Shown piece after piece: positions 23,915 to 35,914 of a stretch of 64,000 bases of DNA; positions within the stretch are counted from its first letter, which is position 1, and each line of letters starts with the position of its first letter. The stretch covers positions 16,678,001 through 16,742,000 of the forward strand of contig NC_043007.1 in NCBI RefSeq assembly GCF_006345805.1, given 5' to 3'. This stretch comes from Octopus sinensis. Lineage: Eukaryota. The notes under the pieces are model-generated. The model worked only from the letters and a program-made list of their open reading frames with translations, was not told the origin of the DNA and did no database searches. A program made the position numbers and the translations under genes.

Positions 23915-24180
23915 GTGGCTGTGTATTAAGTTGTTTGCTCTCTAACCACGGGGTTCCGGATTCAGTCCCACTGTGTGCAACCTTGGGCAAACCTCTTTTG
24001 TTATAACCTCGGGCCAACCGAAGCCTTGTGAGTGATTTGGTAGACAAAGACTGAAAGAAGTCTATCATATGTGTGTGTCTTTGTGTCTGTGTTTGTCCCT
24101 CACTACTGCTTGACAACTGGTGTAACTTTGTGGCTCCGCAACAGAAAAAAATCCTATAGAATAAATACCAGGCTTTAAAA
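23915..24180 (+). mobile_element. SINE family A (head-to-head with the previous copy)
   Basis: Head, body and partial cassette. Confidence 0.85.
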
Positions 24181-24469
24181 AAATTACATCAATGTAGGCC
24201 CTTACTATGGTAGGTGGAAGGGCCCCATCTTGCTAGAAATAAAGCTGCACATGACCACTTATGGCATCAAATACAAGTAAATGGGACCAGTCACAATACT
24301 GTCAAAAAAAAAATTGGTCAAATTAATCCTTCAACTGCACATAAGAAAGGGTGCCTTAAAAATAGATGGAGGTGGAGCTGGAAAAAGTAGGGTTCAAGGA
24401 AGGTTTCTCTTTATATAGTTTATGGGCTCCAGCAAATAGACATAAACTGCCCACACTTGGGGCTCATAG

Positions 24470-24860
24470 GCACAGACGTAGCTGCATGGTAAGAAGCTTG
24501 CCTCCCAACCGTATGGTTCCGGGTTCAGTCCCACTGTGTAGCACCTTAGGCAAGTGTCTTATACTGTAGCCTCCATCTAAACAAAGATTTGTGAGTAGAT
24601 TTGGTAGACGGAAACTGAAAGAAGCCCATTGTATATATATATATATATGTATGCAAATATTCATGAGTGTGTCAGTGTTTCTCCCTGCACCATTGCTGGT
24701 GTGTTTACATCCCTGTAACTTAGCAGTTCGGCAAAAGAGTCTGATAGAATACATACTAGGCTTACAAAGAATAACTCCTGGGATTGATTTTTTTGACTAA
24801 AACCCTTTAAAGCGGTGCTCCAGCATGGCTGCAGTCAAATGACTGAAACAAGTAAAAGAA
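24470..24860 (+). mobile_element. SINE family A
   Basis: Full copy with tail gactgaaacaagtaaaaga. Confidence 0.9.
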
Positions 24861-25046
24861 CATTGTATTTATATTTATATATATGTATCATCATCATCAT
24901 CATCATCATCATCGTCGTTTAACGTCCGTTCTCCATGCTAGCATGGGTTGGACGGTTCGACCGGGGTTTTGGGAAGCTAGAAGGCTGCACCAGGCTCCAG
25001 TCTAATCTGGCAATGTTTCTACAGCTGGATGCCCTTCCTAACGCCA

Positions 25047-25052
25047 TGTATA

Positions 25053-25083
<31 letters not shown>

Positions 25084-25355
25084 CTGTATATATATATATC
25101 TGTATATATATATATCTGTATATATATGTATGTGTGTATATGTATATGTGTATATGTATATATGTGTATGTGTGTATATGTATATATATATATATGTATG
25201 TATATGTGTATATGTATATATGTGTATGTATATGTATCATCATCATCATCATTTAACATGGAAAGCGGACGTTAAATGATGATGATGATACATATACATA
25301 CACATATATACATATACATATATACACATACACATATATACATATACACATATAC

Positions 25356-25388
<33 letters not shown>

Positions 25389-25405
25389 CAGATATATATA
25401 TATAC

Positions 25406-25444
<39 letters not shown>

Positions 25445-25470
25445 ATATATATATATATATATTATATATA
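25047..25470. repeat. Palindromic microsatellite block centred on an RTE tail
   Basis: ...tatgtatcatcatcatttaac[13 nt]gttaaatgatgatgatgatacata...; the flanking (TA/TG) patterns mirror each other. Confidence 0.85.
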
Positions 25471-25754
25471 TATTATATATATATACACACGTCTGTATGT
25501 GAATGTCTGAGATCATATTTCCCCCTCATTTTAATGCGGGTGAGTTGGTTATAAACAAAAGCCTCACTGTTCACACAGACAATGTCATTTGCTTGCATGT
25601 CTGGGCTTCTTGACATGCCTTGACATGTTGCACAATCTTTGAAGAAAAAGCAAAACTACTCATGAAGAGTCAATTATTTCCAGTTCTCCCGATAATCATT
25701 TCCAAACTGTCCATTGTTCAATAAACTGCACTCTTATTTTTTTTGTGCCTTTCT

Positions 25755-26135
25755 TTTACTTGTTTCAGTCATTTGATTGCGTCCATGCTGGAGCACCACC
25801 TTTAGTCAAGCAAATTGACCCCGGGACTTATTCTTTGTAAGCCCAGTATTTATTCTATCGGTCTCTTTTGCCGAACCGCTAAATGACGGTGACGTAAACA
25901 CACCAGCATCGGTTGTCAAGCAATGCTAGGGGGACAAACACAGACACACAAACACACACACACACATATACATATATACGACAGGCTTCTTTCAGTTTCC
26001 GTCTACCAAATCCACTCACAAGGCATTGGTCGGCCCGGGGCTATAGCAGAAGACACTTGCCCAAGATGCCACGCAGTGGGACTGAACCCGGAACCATGTG
26101 GTTGGTAAGCAAGCTACTTACCACACATCCACTCC
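25755..26135 (-). mobile_element. SINE family A
   Basis: Full reverse copy. Confidence 0.9.
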
Positions 26136-26421
26136 TGCGCCTTTGGAAACAGATGGGGGTTGATACCAGGAAGGATATCTGACCATGGAAAGCACTACCC
26201 CTACTTTGTTTCATTTGCTCCATGCTAGCATGGAAAAATAGACGTTAAAATCCTTAAATCCTTAAATATGTTTTAGCCCGAAAGCCATGGCCATGCTGGG
26301 GCACCACCGCTGTTAAAATGAGGATGATTTATATAAGGTGGTGCCCCAGCATGGTCGCCATTTAATGACTGAGATAAGTAAAAGTAGAAATAATATAAGT
26401 ACAGGCATGGCTCATATAAGT

Positions 26422-26760
26422 GAAGGCATATGGCTCAGTGGTTAGAGATTCAAGCTTACAATCGTGAGGTTGTGAGCTCAAATCCTGGACCAGGCTGCGT
26501 GTTGTGTTCTTGAGCAAGACACTTTATTTCACGTTGCTCTAGTTCCCTCAGCTATAGAAATGAGTTGCGATGTCACAGGTGCCAAGCTGTATCGGCCCCT
26601 TTGCCTTTCCCTTGGATAACATCAGTGGTGTGGAGAGGGGAGGCCGGTATCCATGGGCGACTGCTGGTCTTCCATAAACAACCTTGCCCAGACTTGTACC
26701 TGGGAGGGTAACTTTCTAGGTGTAATCCCTTGGTCTGTGTCGTAACCGAAGGGGGTCTCA
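26422..26760 (+). mobile_element. tRNA-derived SINE, family E (inverted copy at 18035-18362)
   Basis: tggctcagtggttagag A box; core ttgtgttcttgagcaagacactttatttcac. Confidence 0.8.
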
Positions 26761-28327
26761 GACAAGCATGGCTGTATGGTTATGAAGGTTGTTTTGCAAC
26801 CATGAGGTCTTAGGTTCAATCCCCCTCTGCAGCACCTTGGGCAAGTGTCTTCTGCTATAACTCCAGACCAACCACTGCATTGTGAGTGGATCTGGTTGGT
26901 GGAAACTATGTGGAAGCCTGCCATGTGTGTGTGTGTGTGTATAAATATATATTTCGTCTTTGTGTTTGTGTTTGTCCCTGTAATTTTGTGGTTCAGCAAA
27001 AAAGGAAAATTACCAAACTTTAAAAAAAAATAAGTGGTGCTCCAGCATGACCACGGTTAAATGACTGAAACAAGTAAAAGAGTATGGGTAGCAGTTTGAC
27101 TAAAACTCTTCAAGGCCATGCTCCAGCATAGCCACAGTCCATTGACTGAAACTCATAAAAGATGAAAGAAATGTGTGTGTGTGCTTGTCTGTGCATGTGT
27201 GTGACTGTGCATATGCATACACATGTGTGTAATCAGGCAATAAAAAAATTTGTAGCCCAAGTGTCACCTCAGACGAAAAAGCATTTACTGGTTAGCTTGA
27301 TTGTGGAGACTCGTAATCTGAGGAAATCCAGCTGTGACTATCCAGCCTTGTTTTTTTCAGATATTGCATAACATAGTTCTAGATATACTGTTTTTCCTTT
27401 CTCAAAAATGATTTAACTGGCATTCACATTAAACTGTCAAAAGTAATGCTTGTTTATTAAGTTCATAATTTAGAGGCTCAGCAAAAGACAAGACAAGAAT
27501 AAGTAGCAGATTTAAAAAATATAAAAAACAATAATTACTGGGAGGGATTCAAATTTTAAAAAATTTTTGCTAAATCGTAATCTCCCAAAAAAATAAAATA
27601 AAAACAACTGGTTCAAAAGTCATAGGGTGAGGCGGGGGGAATTCTGAAGATGTACCGAATAATGCAAGAAATTTGTAGTGAAATAGTACTTTCTTTTATA
27701 TGCACAATGCCTGAAATTTCACAGAGTTGGAGGCCAGTCAATTATATTGACTCCAGTGCCCAACTGGTGCTTATTTTATCAACCTTGAAAAGATGAAAAG
27801 CAAAGTTGATTTTGGTAGAATTTGAACTCAGATTGCAAAGTCAGAAGAAATTCCACAAAGCATTTCGTCTGGCATATAACGGATTCTGCCAACTTGCTAC
27901 TTTTTTGTAGTGAAATAATAAAGAGATCGTGTGAGATTTATACATGTGGCCTGCTAGTTAGGGTGTTGGGTGTAGCACTCTCAATCTTGAAATTGTGCTT
28001 TCAGTACCTGGTCCAAATAATACATTGTGTTCTTGAACAAGACACTTCATTTCATGTTGTTCCCATCCACTCGGGTTTAAATGGATAACCTTGCATTGGA
28101 CTGGTGTCATGTTGAGGTGGGGGAATGTCATGATCTCGGTTCCTTATACACTATGCAAGCTGGGTAACTGGCCTTCTAAGTCCCAGCACTTAGGACAGTA
28201 ATGTCCATATCCATGCCTTTCACAAAGCGCATGCAGTGTGAAGAGAAATATCTACAACTGGTTTAGAATGAGGAGGACCCCTGAAAGGAGATCATGCACA
28301 ATCTGCTTCTTCCTGATGGCACCACAT

Positions 28328-28563
28328 TTGACCCTTTAATGTTCAGATTACTCTGTTAAATGTAATGCTTTTTCACTCAAATTATTTTGAATTAATCAAG
28401 CATTATCTTATAGCTTTGGGGTTTCAATGATGTGATTGTTTATTTTCAGAACGGCATTGTAGGTTAGGAGTGAGAGGCTTGATATGGCCAGTTTGAATAT
28501 AAAACATGTGGAATATCTGGGCCAGATAGGGCCGGTTTAAACACTAAAGGGTTAAAGGGTTAA
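28328..28563 (-). mobile_element. piggyBac-type MITE, family 2
   Basis: Reverse copy; the terminus aaagggttaa is tandemly duplicated (28545-28563); lies just past the truncated 3' end of the RPL9 retrocopy. Confidence 0.8.
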
Positions 28564-28585
28564 AAAGCAAACAAAGTTATTGTAT

Positions 28586-28985
28586 CATTTCCACATGCCA
28601 GGTAAATTTCTCTCCAAGGAAATTTCTTATTTCAACGGCATTGCCATTATTCAATACCACAACGTTGATTGGGAAATGGGCATAAACAGACCTCATCTTG
28701 TAACGGAACCCTTTAGTAACACATTTGATCAAACAGTGCGCATAGCGGCCAATTTTTTCCTCTTACCAAAGTATTTTTCGACTTTGACGAGGTTCTTCCT
28801 AGGCAGAATAATTGTGATGAAAAGGTATTGGAAGTTGCAATACGGTGTTCTGCGAGGACCAGTAACTGTTACACGCCTTGAACTAACATTTACTGTCTCT
28901 CCATCCGGCACGTTCACAGTTTGGTCAGCATAAATCGTCTTCATTTTTGTTTATTCTGCCCGAAGGAGCACCATACAACTAAAAG
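28586..28985 (-). pseudogene. RPL9: Intronless 60S ribosomal protein L9 retrocopy, frameshifted and 3'-truncated
   Basis: ATG at 28944: MKTIYADQTVNVPDG...VTGPR...[17 protein letters not shown]. After a short deletion/frameshift it continues [48 protein letters not shown], where homology stops at about 2/3 of the protein. Confidence 0.92.
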
Positions 28986-29147
28986 GCGCAGGAGTAGCTG
29001 TGTGGTAAGCAGCTTGCTTACCAACCTCATGGTTCCAGGTTCAGTCCCACTGCGTGGCACCTTGGACAAGTGTCTTCTATTATAGCCTCGGGCCGACCAA
29101 AGCCTTGTGAGTGGATTTGGTATACAAAAACTGAAAGAAGCCCATCG

Positions 29148-29184
<37 letters not shown>

Positions 29185-29395
29185 ATGTATATGTTTGTGC
29201 GTCTGTGTTTGTCTCCCCAACATCGCTTGACAACCGATGCTGGTGTGTTTACGTCCCCCGTCACTTAGTGGTTCGGCAAGAGAGACCGATACAATAAGTA
29301 CTAGGCTTACAAAGAATAAATCCTGGGGTCGATTTGCTCGACTAAAGGTGGTGCTCCAGCCTGGCCGCAGTCAAGTGACCAAAACAAGTAAAAGA
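28985..29395 (+). mobile_element. SINE family A, abutting the RPL9 retrocopy 5' end
   Basis: Full copy. Confidence 0.9.
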
Positions 29396-30072
29396 AAAAA
29401 GTCATTGTATGTGAAACTCATTTTTGGCTCGAAAATAGTGAAGTATAGATTTTCATTGTAAACACGGTAATTGTGTTGTTGGTAGCACCTTGAGGTTTAC
29501 TAACCTAAAATATCACACATTTACGTACACATACACATATACACACATAGATATTACTGACCTCAATATAATGACCGGCATTATTGATTTAGTATTTTAT
29601 ATGCAGATACATGTAATTACCTAAAAAGATCACACAAATATTATTGATCATTTGTTTAAATACTTTAACAGCTAAATTGATTATTGTTATTATTATTGAG
29701 GACAATTTGGTGACCTGGTAGAATCCGTAGGACATGCCAAATGAAGTACTTAGGTGTATTTCTTCCAGTTTTATATTCTGAGTTCAAAGTTGAAAGACAA
29801 TGCTGACCTTTGCTGAGGTCAACTTTGTATTTCATCCTTCTGAGGTTGATAAAATAAATACCAGTTGACCACTGGGGTGATGTAACTGGTCTGGGACTGG
29901 AATAGTGTTTTGGACACATGGACGGACTGTGTAGGGCTTTCACATAGCAGAAATGGGTGCAAAAGCCTCTAAAACCTGCTCAGAAACAGCTGTCTGACAG
30001 GTACCAACTGGATTCCCCTGATGAGTCAGTGTGGACAGGGAGCATTTTACATAGTTCAAACTAATGTGTGTG

Positions 30073-30375
30073 GAGGCACATGGCCTAGTGGTTAGAGCAG
30101 CGGACTCGCGGTCGAGGGATCGCAGGTTCGAATCTCAGACCAGACAATGTGTGTGTTTATGAGTGAAACACCCAAGCTCAACGTGGCTCCGGCAGAAGGT
30201 AATGCCGAACCTCTGCTGACTCTTCCGCCACAACTTTCACTCTTTCCTCCTGCATCTTGCAGCTCACCTGCGACGGACCGGCATCCCGTCCAGATGGGGA
30301 ACCTATATGCCAAGAAACCGGGAAAATGGCCCTTATGAGCCAGGCACGGCTCGGGAAGGAACAAACAAACAAAAA
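30073..30375 (+). mobile_element. tRNA(Arg)-like SINE, family D variant
   Basis: tggcctagtggttagagcagcggactcgcggtcgagggatcgcaggttcgaatc head; (AAAC)n tail; 3' half differs from the 16520 copy. Confidence 0.8.
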
Positions 30376-30766
30376 CTAATGTGTGAAACAAAAAAAAGGA
30401 ATTTTGTAAGAAGTGTCTATAAAACTAGTTTTTAAACATTGAATGGTTATGGAGATTCACCAGAATAGAATAGTAATTAAAGGGGTTTATAGATATAAAA
30501 AAAATTGGTTGGGAAACACTGATTTGACGTCCATTTTCCATGTTGGCAGACTCAAATGGTTTGATGAGGTCTGGCAAGCTGCAGGGCTGCACTAAACTCC
30601 AGAATCAGCTTTGGCATATTTTCTATGGTCGGATACCCATCCTAACACCAATCACCTTACAGTGTGTATTGAGTACCTTTTTATTGTGTGTGTCACCAGC
30701 ACTAGTGAGGTCATCAAGTAAGCTGCAAGACAAGAAAACAACATGAAAAAGGAAAACTTCCATGCA

Positions 30767-31292
30767 TACCGTAAATCTTCGAGTATAGTTTGCCCTTGAG
30801 TATAATACACAGGAGATTTTTAGGGGGCTGTACTTCTGAAAAACCTAAACCTTGTGTATGATACGCACCCCTTCTCTAACTTAAGCCATGCATAATTAAG
30901 CCAGCAGCACCTAGTCAAACAAACACTTCTGTGCATGCGTAATACACTAATGGTGATGTTCTTAACTGTTATATGGGAATGTAAATATGTTTGCAAATTG
31001 TTTTTGTTACATGTTATTCTGTGTTCTGAATACTTTTATTTTAATAAATGTTGCTTATTGCAAGTTATGGATGATTCTTTTATGACTTCATTGCTTTCAG
31101 GCTTAGCTTAAGGTATTTTCGCACCCGACATCACAAAATGCATCTGAATAAACATTGCCAGACAGCAAATAGAGACTCGGATATTGCTTAGGAAATATTT
31201 TTCATTTTTAACCTCTTATATAGTACGCACAAGGGATTTTGACCTTTAAATTTTGGGATAAAAGTGCGGATTATACTTGAGGATTTACGGTA
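30767..31292 (+). mobile_element. Tc2/pogo-type MITE
   Basis: TA|CCGTAAATCTTCGAGTATA...TATACTTGAGGATTTACGG|TA TIRs; non-coding interior. Confidence 0.85.
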
Positions 31293-31586
31293 AGTGAGGG
31301 GTTTGGGAGGAGGGCGAAGTAGCTTTATGCCAGGTTCTGAGAGGCTAAAGTATGAAAGCAGCAGAAGAACAGATGTCTTGTTATAGAGGAGTGACATGGC
31401 TACTCCATATTATGAGAGTGAGTTGTAATAATTAGGAAGATGAAGATAAAGAAAGATGGAAGAGATGGTGAGCTAGAACAAACTCAAGATAGGTGAGCAC
31501 AAAAAAGGAAACAGTCAGTGGATCAGATGGAAGGGTGGTGGTTTCAAAAGAATATGATATAAAAAAAAAAATGTTATATAGAGAAA

Positions 31587-31870
31587 CTAGCACTATGACC
31601 CGGCAACACATACAGCTAGCTGGCATTCAATTGGCATATCAAGTTTCGGGCATTTTGATTGGGTTTTGGATAGAAAATTCACAAAAAAGTTACTTCTATT
31701 GATTTTTTAATGGCTTTGCAGGGTCACTGGGGAAATGTAAAGATGTGCACGACCACCCTTGGACGGTTTTGAATGACCATAGAAAGTGCAAGCCCTCTAA
31801 CTGAAAAATTGTGGATTTGTATAAAGGACACACACACACACACAGACATTTTGCCGTTTATATATATAGA
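31587..31870 (-). mobile_element. Non-autonomous Helitron (second family)
   Basis: On the minus strand it starts TCTATATATATAAACGGCAAAATGTC and ends ...gccgggtcatagtgCTAG. Confidence 0.7.
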
Positions 31871-32324
31871 GAAAAAAGGTTTGAGGTGAGGCAGGAAACA
31901 ATAACCTTGTTCTCTCCTGCTGGATTCATGCATGTTGTGATCTCATATTTCCTTAACGCAAAACCTGACACTTGTTCAAAACAGTCACACCCTACCATAA
32001 ACAGTCACTTTTTCTACTTGATTACTCTTTATAACTATTGATATTCGCAATGTCTTTGATATATGGTACAGCACACTGACCCAATCCTGTTTATTATGAT
32101 TACTACAGCCAGAACTAATTTCATCTGATTCTAAATCTATCCCAAGTAGAAATGCTATATTTCTACATGTTAAACAGGGCTGAATTAAGACCCATGGAGG
32201 CACTGAACACTTAAAAGATTTTAGTGCCTCGATATATGTATATAATTCAAAATATAGACAATAAAAAACCATAAAATAAATTTTTATTTTTCAAAATGAA
32301 ACAAAACTAACTGTAACTAACTGT

Positions 32325-32730
32325 AGGCGTAGGAGTGGCTTTGTAGTAAGTAGCTTGCTTACCAACCACATGGTTCCGGGTTCAGTCCCACAGTGTGGAA
32401 CCTTGGGCAAGTGTCTTCTACTATAGCCTCAGGCCAACCAAAGCCTTGTGAGTGGATTTGGTAGATGGAAACTGAAAGAAGCCCGTCGTGTATATGTATA
32501 TATATATATATGTGTGTGTGTGTGTCTCTGTTTGTCCCCCCCAACATCGCTTGACAACCAATGGTGGTGTGATTACGTCCCCGTAACTTAGTGGTTCAGC
32601 AAAAAAGGACCGATAGAATAAGTACTAGGCTTACAAAGAATAAGTCTTGGGGTCGATTTGCTCGACTAAAGGCGGTGCTCCAGCATGGCCACAGTGAAAT
32701 GACTGAAACAAATAAAAGAGTAAAAAGAGT
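32325..32730 (+). mobile_element. SINE family A
   Basis: Full copy. Confidence 0.9.
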
Positions 32731-32867
32731 GTAAGATGGAAAATAACATTCATTGTTATATACTCCCACTTTATTTATATTCGAAAAGTTTTTTACTTTT
32801 TTTTTAATTGCAAAGTCTTTAATCAGTTTCTCATTATGATGCGACAAACACTTTGAAATTATATTTC

Positions 32868-33170
32868 TCATCATCATCATCATCATCATCATCATTTAAC
32901 GTTCATTGTCCATTCTGGCATGGGTTTGATGGTTTGACTGGGCTGGCACGCTGGAAGGCTTTGCCAGGATCCAGTCTTATTTGGCATGGTTTTCTATGGC
33001 TGGATGCCCTTCCTAACACCAACCACTCCGAGAGTGTAATGGGTGCTTTTATGTGCCACCAGCATGGGTACCATTTGTATGAAACCAGCATCTGCTGTGA
33101 CTGCAATTTAGTTCACCTTCATGGATCTTCCTCTCAAGCACAACATAATGCCAAAGGACTAACAAGTTTA
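32868..33170 (-). mobile_element. RTE-related 3' end (older)
   Basis: (CAT)n ttaacgttc...ggatgcccttcctaacaccaaccactccgagagtgt. Confidence 0.75.
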
Positions 33171-33906
33171 AAGTGATTTCATTTTGTGCCGTAAACCATT
33201 TACCATTTCTGTGGTGCCCCCCACCCCACCCAATTTCCCTTGGTGCCTTAAGCATGTGCTTATTTTGCTTAATGGCCAATCATCCATTGTTGATATTAAC
33301 GATGATGATGAAGCTTGTTGTGGCCCTTCCCTATCCCCACCCAACACCATAGACATATATTTAGCCTCACTGTGAAAATAAGACCCCAAAATTAAAACCT
33401 ATAGAGCTCCCAGTATCTGGAGAGGATGTCAGATTGTATCAGCTAGTCGCTTAGTTTCAGCTTTCATTAAAGTCCACACCAGGATTGGCTCAAAAATTAT
33501 GTTTATTAATTATCTGATTGTAATTGTTTAGAAATTTCATCTCAGATGTATTCTGTTAGTGTTCCATTTAAGCGATCTGCACAGCCACCTTTGTATTGCT
33601 ATGTAAATAAGACGAGGCTTAGTCCAAGCACACTTTCATTTTCAGACTGTGGTGGTTTAACTGGTAGACTTGGGTGTAATCTGTAGGTCAATCAAGCTGT
33701 GTGTGCGTGCAGGCACATATGTATGTGTATATGTGTGTATCTGTCTGTCTGTCTATCTATCTATTTCACTTGTCTATGACTTTCATGTGTTTTAACACCC
33801 AGTATTATAACTGCGTCATCCCTAAGTTCTATACTGCAGCAAATCTGGTGTACAAACAAACCATATACATTGAGTATTTGCGATCTATAATATATATATA
33901 TATATA

Positions 33907-34062
33907 GGTTTAAGAGACAGAATCACCCTCAAGCAACTCATTCATCATTGAATGACATTATCCACCCACAATAGGTACATATAGGACTAAATATTAAAAT
34001 TATCAAAATTAATACCTTCAATTCTTATTCCAAATCATGAGAGTGATTCTGTCTCTTAAACC
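33907..34062. mobile_element. Small TA-flanked MITE
   Basis: 25-bp TIR ggtttaagagacagaatcaccctca / tgagagtgattctgtctcttaaacc (24/25 match) inside (TA)n. Confidence 0.75.
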
Positions 34063-34203
34063 TATTTATATATATGTATATAATACAGTGAGTAATTCAT
34101 TTTAGTACCACTAAATTGAACTTCTCTCCCCTCTGGACTCGGACATAACTTCCCTAATATTAATATTAATTATTATTATGATATATATATATATATATAT
34201 ACA

Positions 34204-35342
34204 TACACAGTGCATTCAAAAGGTATCCGACTTTATTTTTTCCTACCAAAACTAATACAATGTGGGCAAAATCCTTTGGGTGGGAGATGATCTTTTTCTG
34301 TGTGTGGGTGAAAATTTTTGTTCCAGTAGTCTGCATCAGTTCCTGACTGTTATGCCTAGAGTGCAGATGTGTGGTGCATACTCATCAGATTTCTATTTTC
34401 ATGCAAGATGACCAAATGCATCAAGCAGAAATAAGTTTTGCCAAAAGCTTGATGATACTCAAGCTCAAACCATCCAGAAGATCCAGCAAGCTTTTGATGA
34501 TGATGCCATGGGAAAAAGTGAGCTCATAGAGTGGTATAATTGCTTCAAACATGTTCATACTTCAGTGGAGAGTGGGGCATGCTCTTGCAGACCATCCACA
34601 AGCTGAAACAAGGAGCCGATTGAGAAGGTTCAGGGAATAGTCATGGAAGACCATAACGTAACAATCCAGGATATTGCTCATGAAGTGGGAATAAACATGT
34701 AGTGACGCCATTTTGGAAGTCTTCAGCGCGCATGTGCAGAGTTGGATTTCTTCTGGTGGGCCACCGGAAGTTCCCTCATGTGCATGCGCAGAGAACTAGC
34801 AACAAAATTTCCCGCTGTATTGATCTCTTTCGAAGCTGCAGCCGAATTGAACAGATGTGTCCTCACAGCTCTCCCAAGCAAGCCAACATGTGGCAAGCTA
34901 CTCTACGCTGGAACGAGACAGCATTTGGCTCACACAATTTAACTACTGTGACTAGCACCATGGCCCATGACTACCGGTTCGCCCTGAAGGAAATATACGT
35001 ATATATATTATTGCAAATCCAGAAAAATAAATATTATTTATGCTGTTGAAGATATTCGAAGTTTTGGTTTTCCTTCGACAAATAATTTAATGTAACGGGA
35101 TAAGACCTGCACCCTTCGATTGTTCCAGACCTTACATCTTTGTTACAAGCACAAGATTAGTGCATTCCATTTCAATGCAGGATTTGTGTATGTGGAGAGT
35201 GTTGGGAGATGCCCACAAGGTGCTGGCAGAGAAGCGAGAACAACTCCACAAGGAAATCACTCAGGGCATGTTAGACTGTGCAACCCATTACCCAGACATC
35301 ATGAAGACTATTATCACTGGTGATGAGACATGGGTTTATGAT
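34204..35342 (+). mobile_element. Second mariner family, 5' half, interrupted by a solo LTR
   Basis: Start TAcacagtgcattcaaaaggtatccgact. Remnants FCQKLDDTQAQTIQKIQQAF...EWYNCFKH...RPSTS and, after the insert, SVHS-like...MKTIITGDETWVYD. Confidence 0.85.
34698..35147. mobile_element. Solo LTR (450 bp)
   Basis: TGTAG...TTACA termini with 4-bp flanks aaca/agca. Removing it restores the mariner frame GI(N)TRLVHSISMQDL. Confidence 0.7.
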
Positions 35343-35370
35343 CTCTGTGTTCAGTCATCCTGCACGAAAA

Positions 35371-35814
35371 CAAAAATCCAGAGAGTATGAACTACATATC
35401 TGTACACCAGGCATAACAGCTGAGAATAATGCCATGAAAATTTTCACAAATTGGCAGGAAAGAACATTATTTCAATGATTCTGAATGGATTCAAAAATGT
35501 TCTAGGACAAATAAAATGTTTGGATCTTCTTCCAAGAGAGTTGATTAAATATAAATCTTTGGTAAAACCCTCTGAATCAATTCTCTCAAAATCCAGAGTA
35601 CGAACTACATATCTGTACACCAGGCATAACAGCTAAGAACTAATGCCATGAAAATTTTCACGCATGGGCAGGAAGGAACATTATTTCAATGATTCTAAAT
35701 GGATTCAAAAATGAATTATTCTAGGACAAATAAAATGTTTGGATCTTCTTCCAAGAGAGTTGATTAAATATAAACCTTCGAAGTCTTGATAAAACCCTCT
35801 GAATCAATTCTCTC
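35371..35814 (+). repeat. Tandem duplication, 2 units of about 220 bp
   Basis: Units start caaaa(a)tccagag at 35371 and 35587 and end gaatcaattctctc. Confidence 0.9.
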
Positions 35815-35914
35815 ATTTTTTTAAAGATGGTAGTGTATGGTTTGAGAGAGAGTTAGCTATATTTTCTAGTTAGTTGAACAACCACATAGAGGCTCCCTTG
35901 GTGATAATGAAGAT

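Noticed and set aside
28580-28933. 117-aa plus-strand ORF
   Set aside because: Antisense shadow of the RPL9 pseudogene.
28981-28986. 5'TOP-like CCTTTT at the RPL9 retrocopy start
   Set aside because: Overlaps the first bases (AGG) of the adjacent SINE, so it cannot be attributed to the mRNA.
30018-30040. CTGATGA-GTC..GAC hammerhead half
   Set aside because: Followed by AGGG rather than GAAA; no stems I or III.
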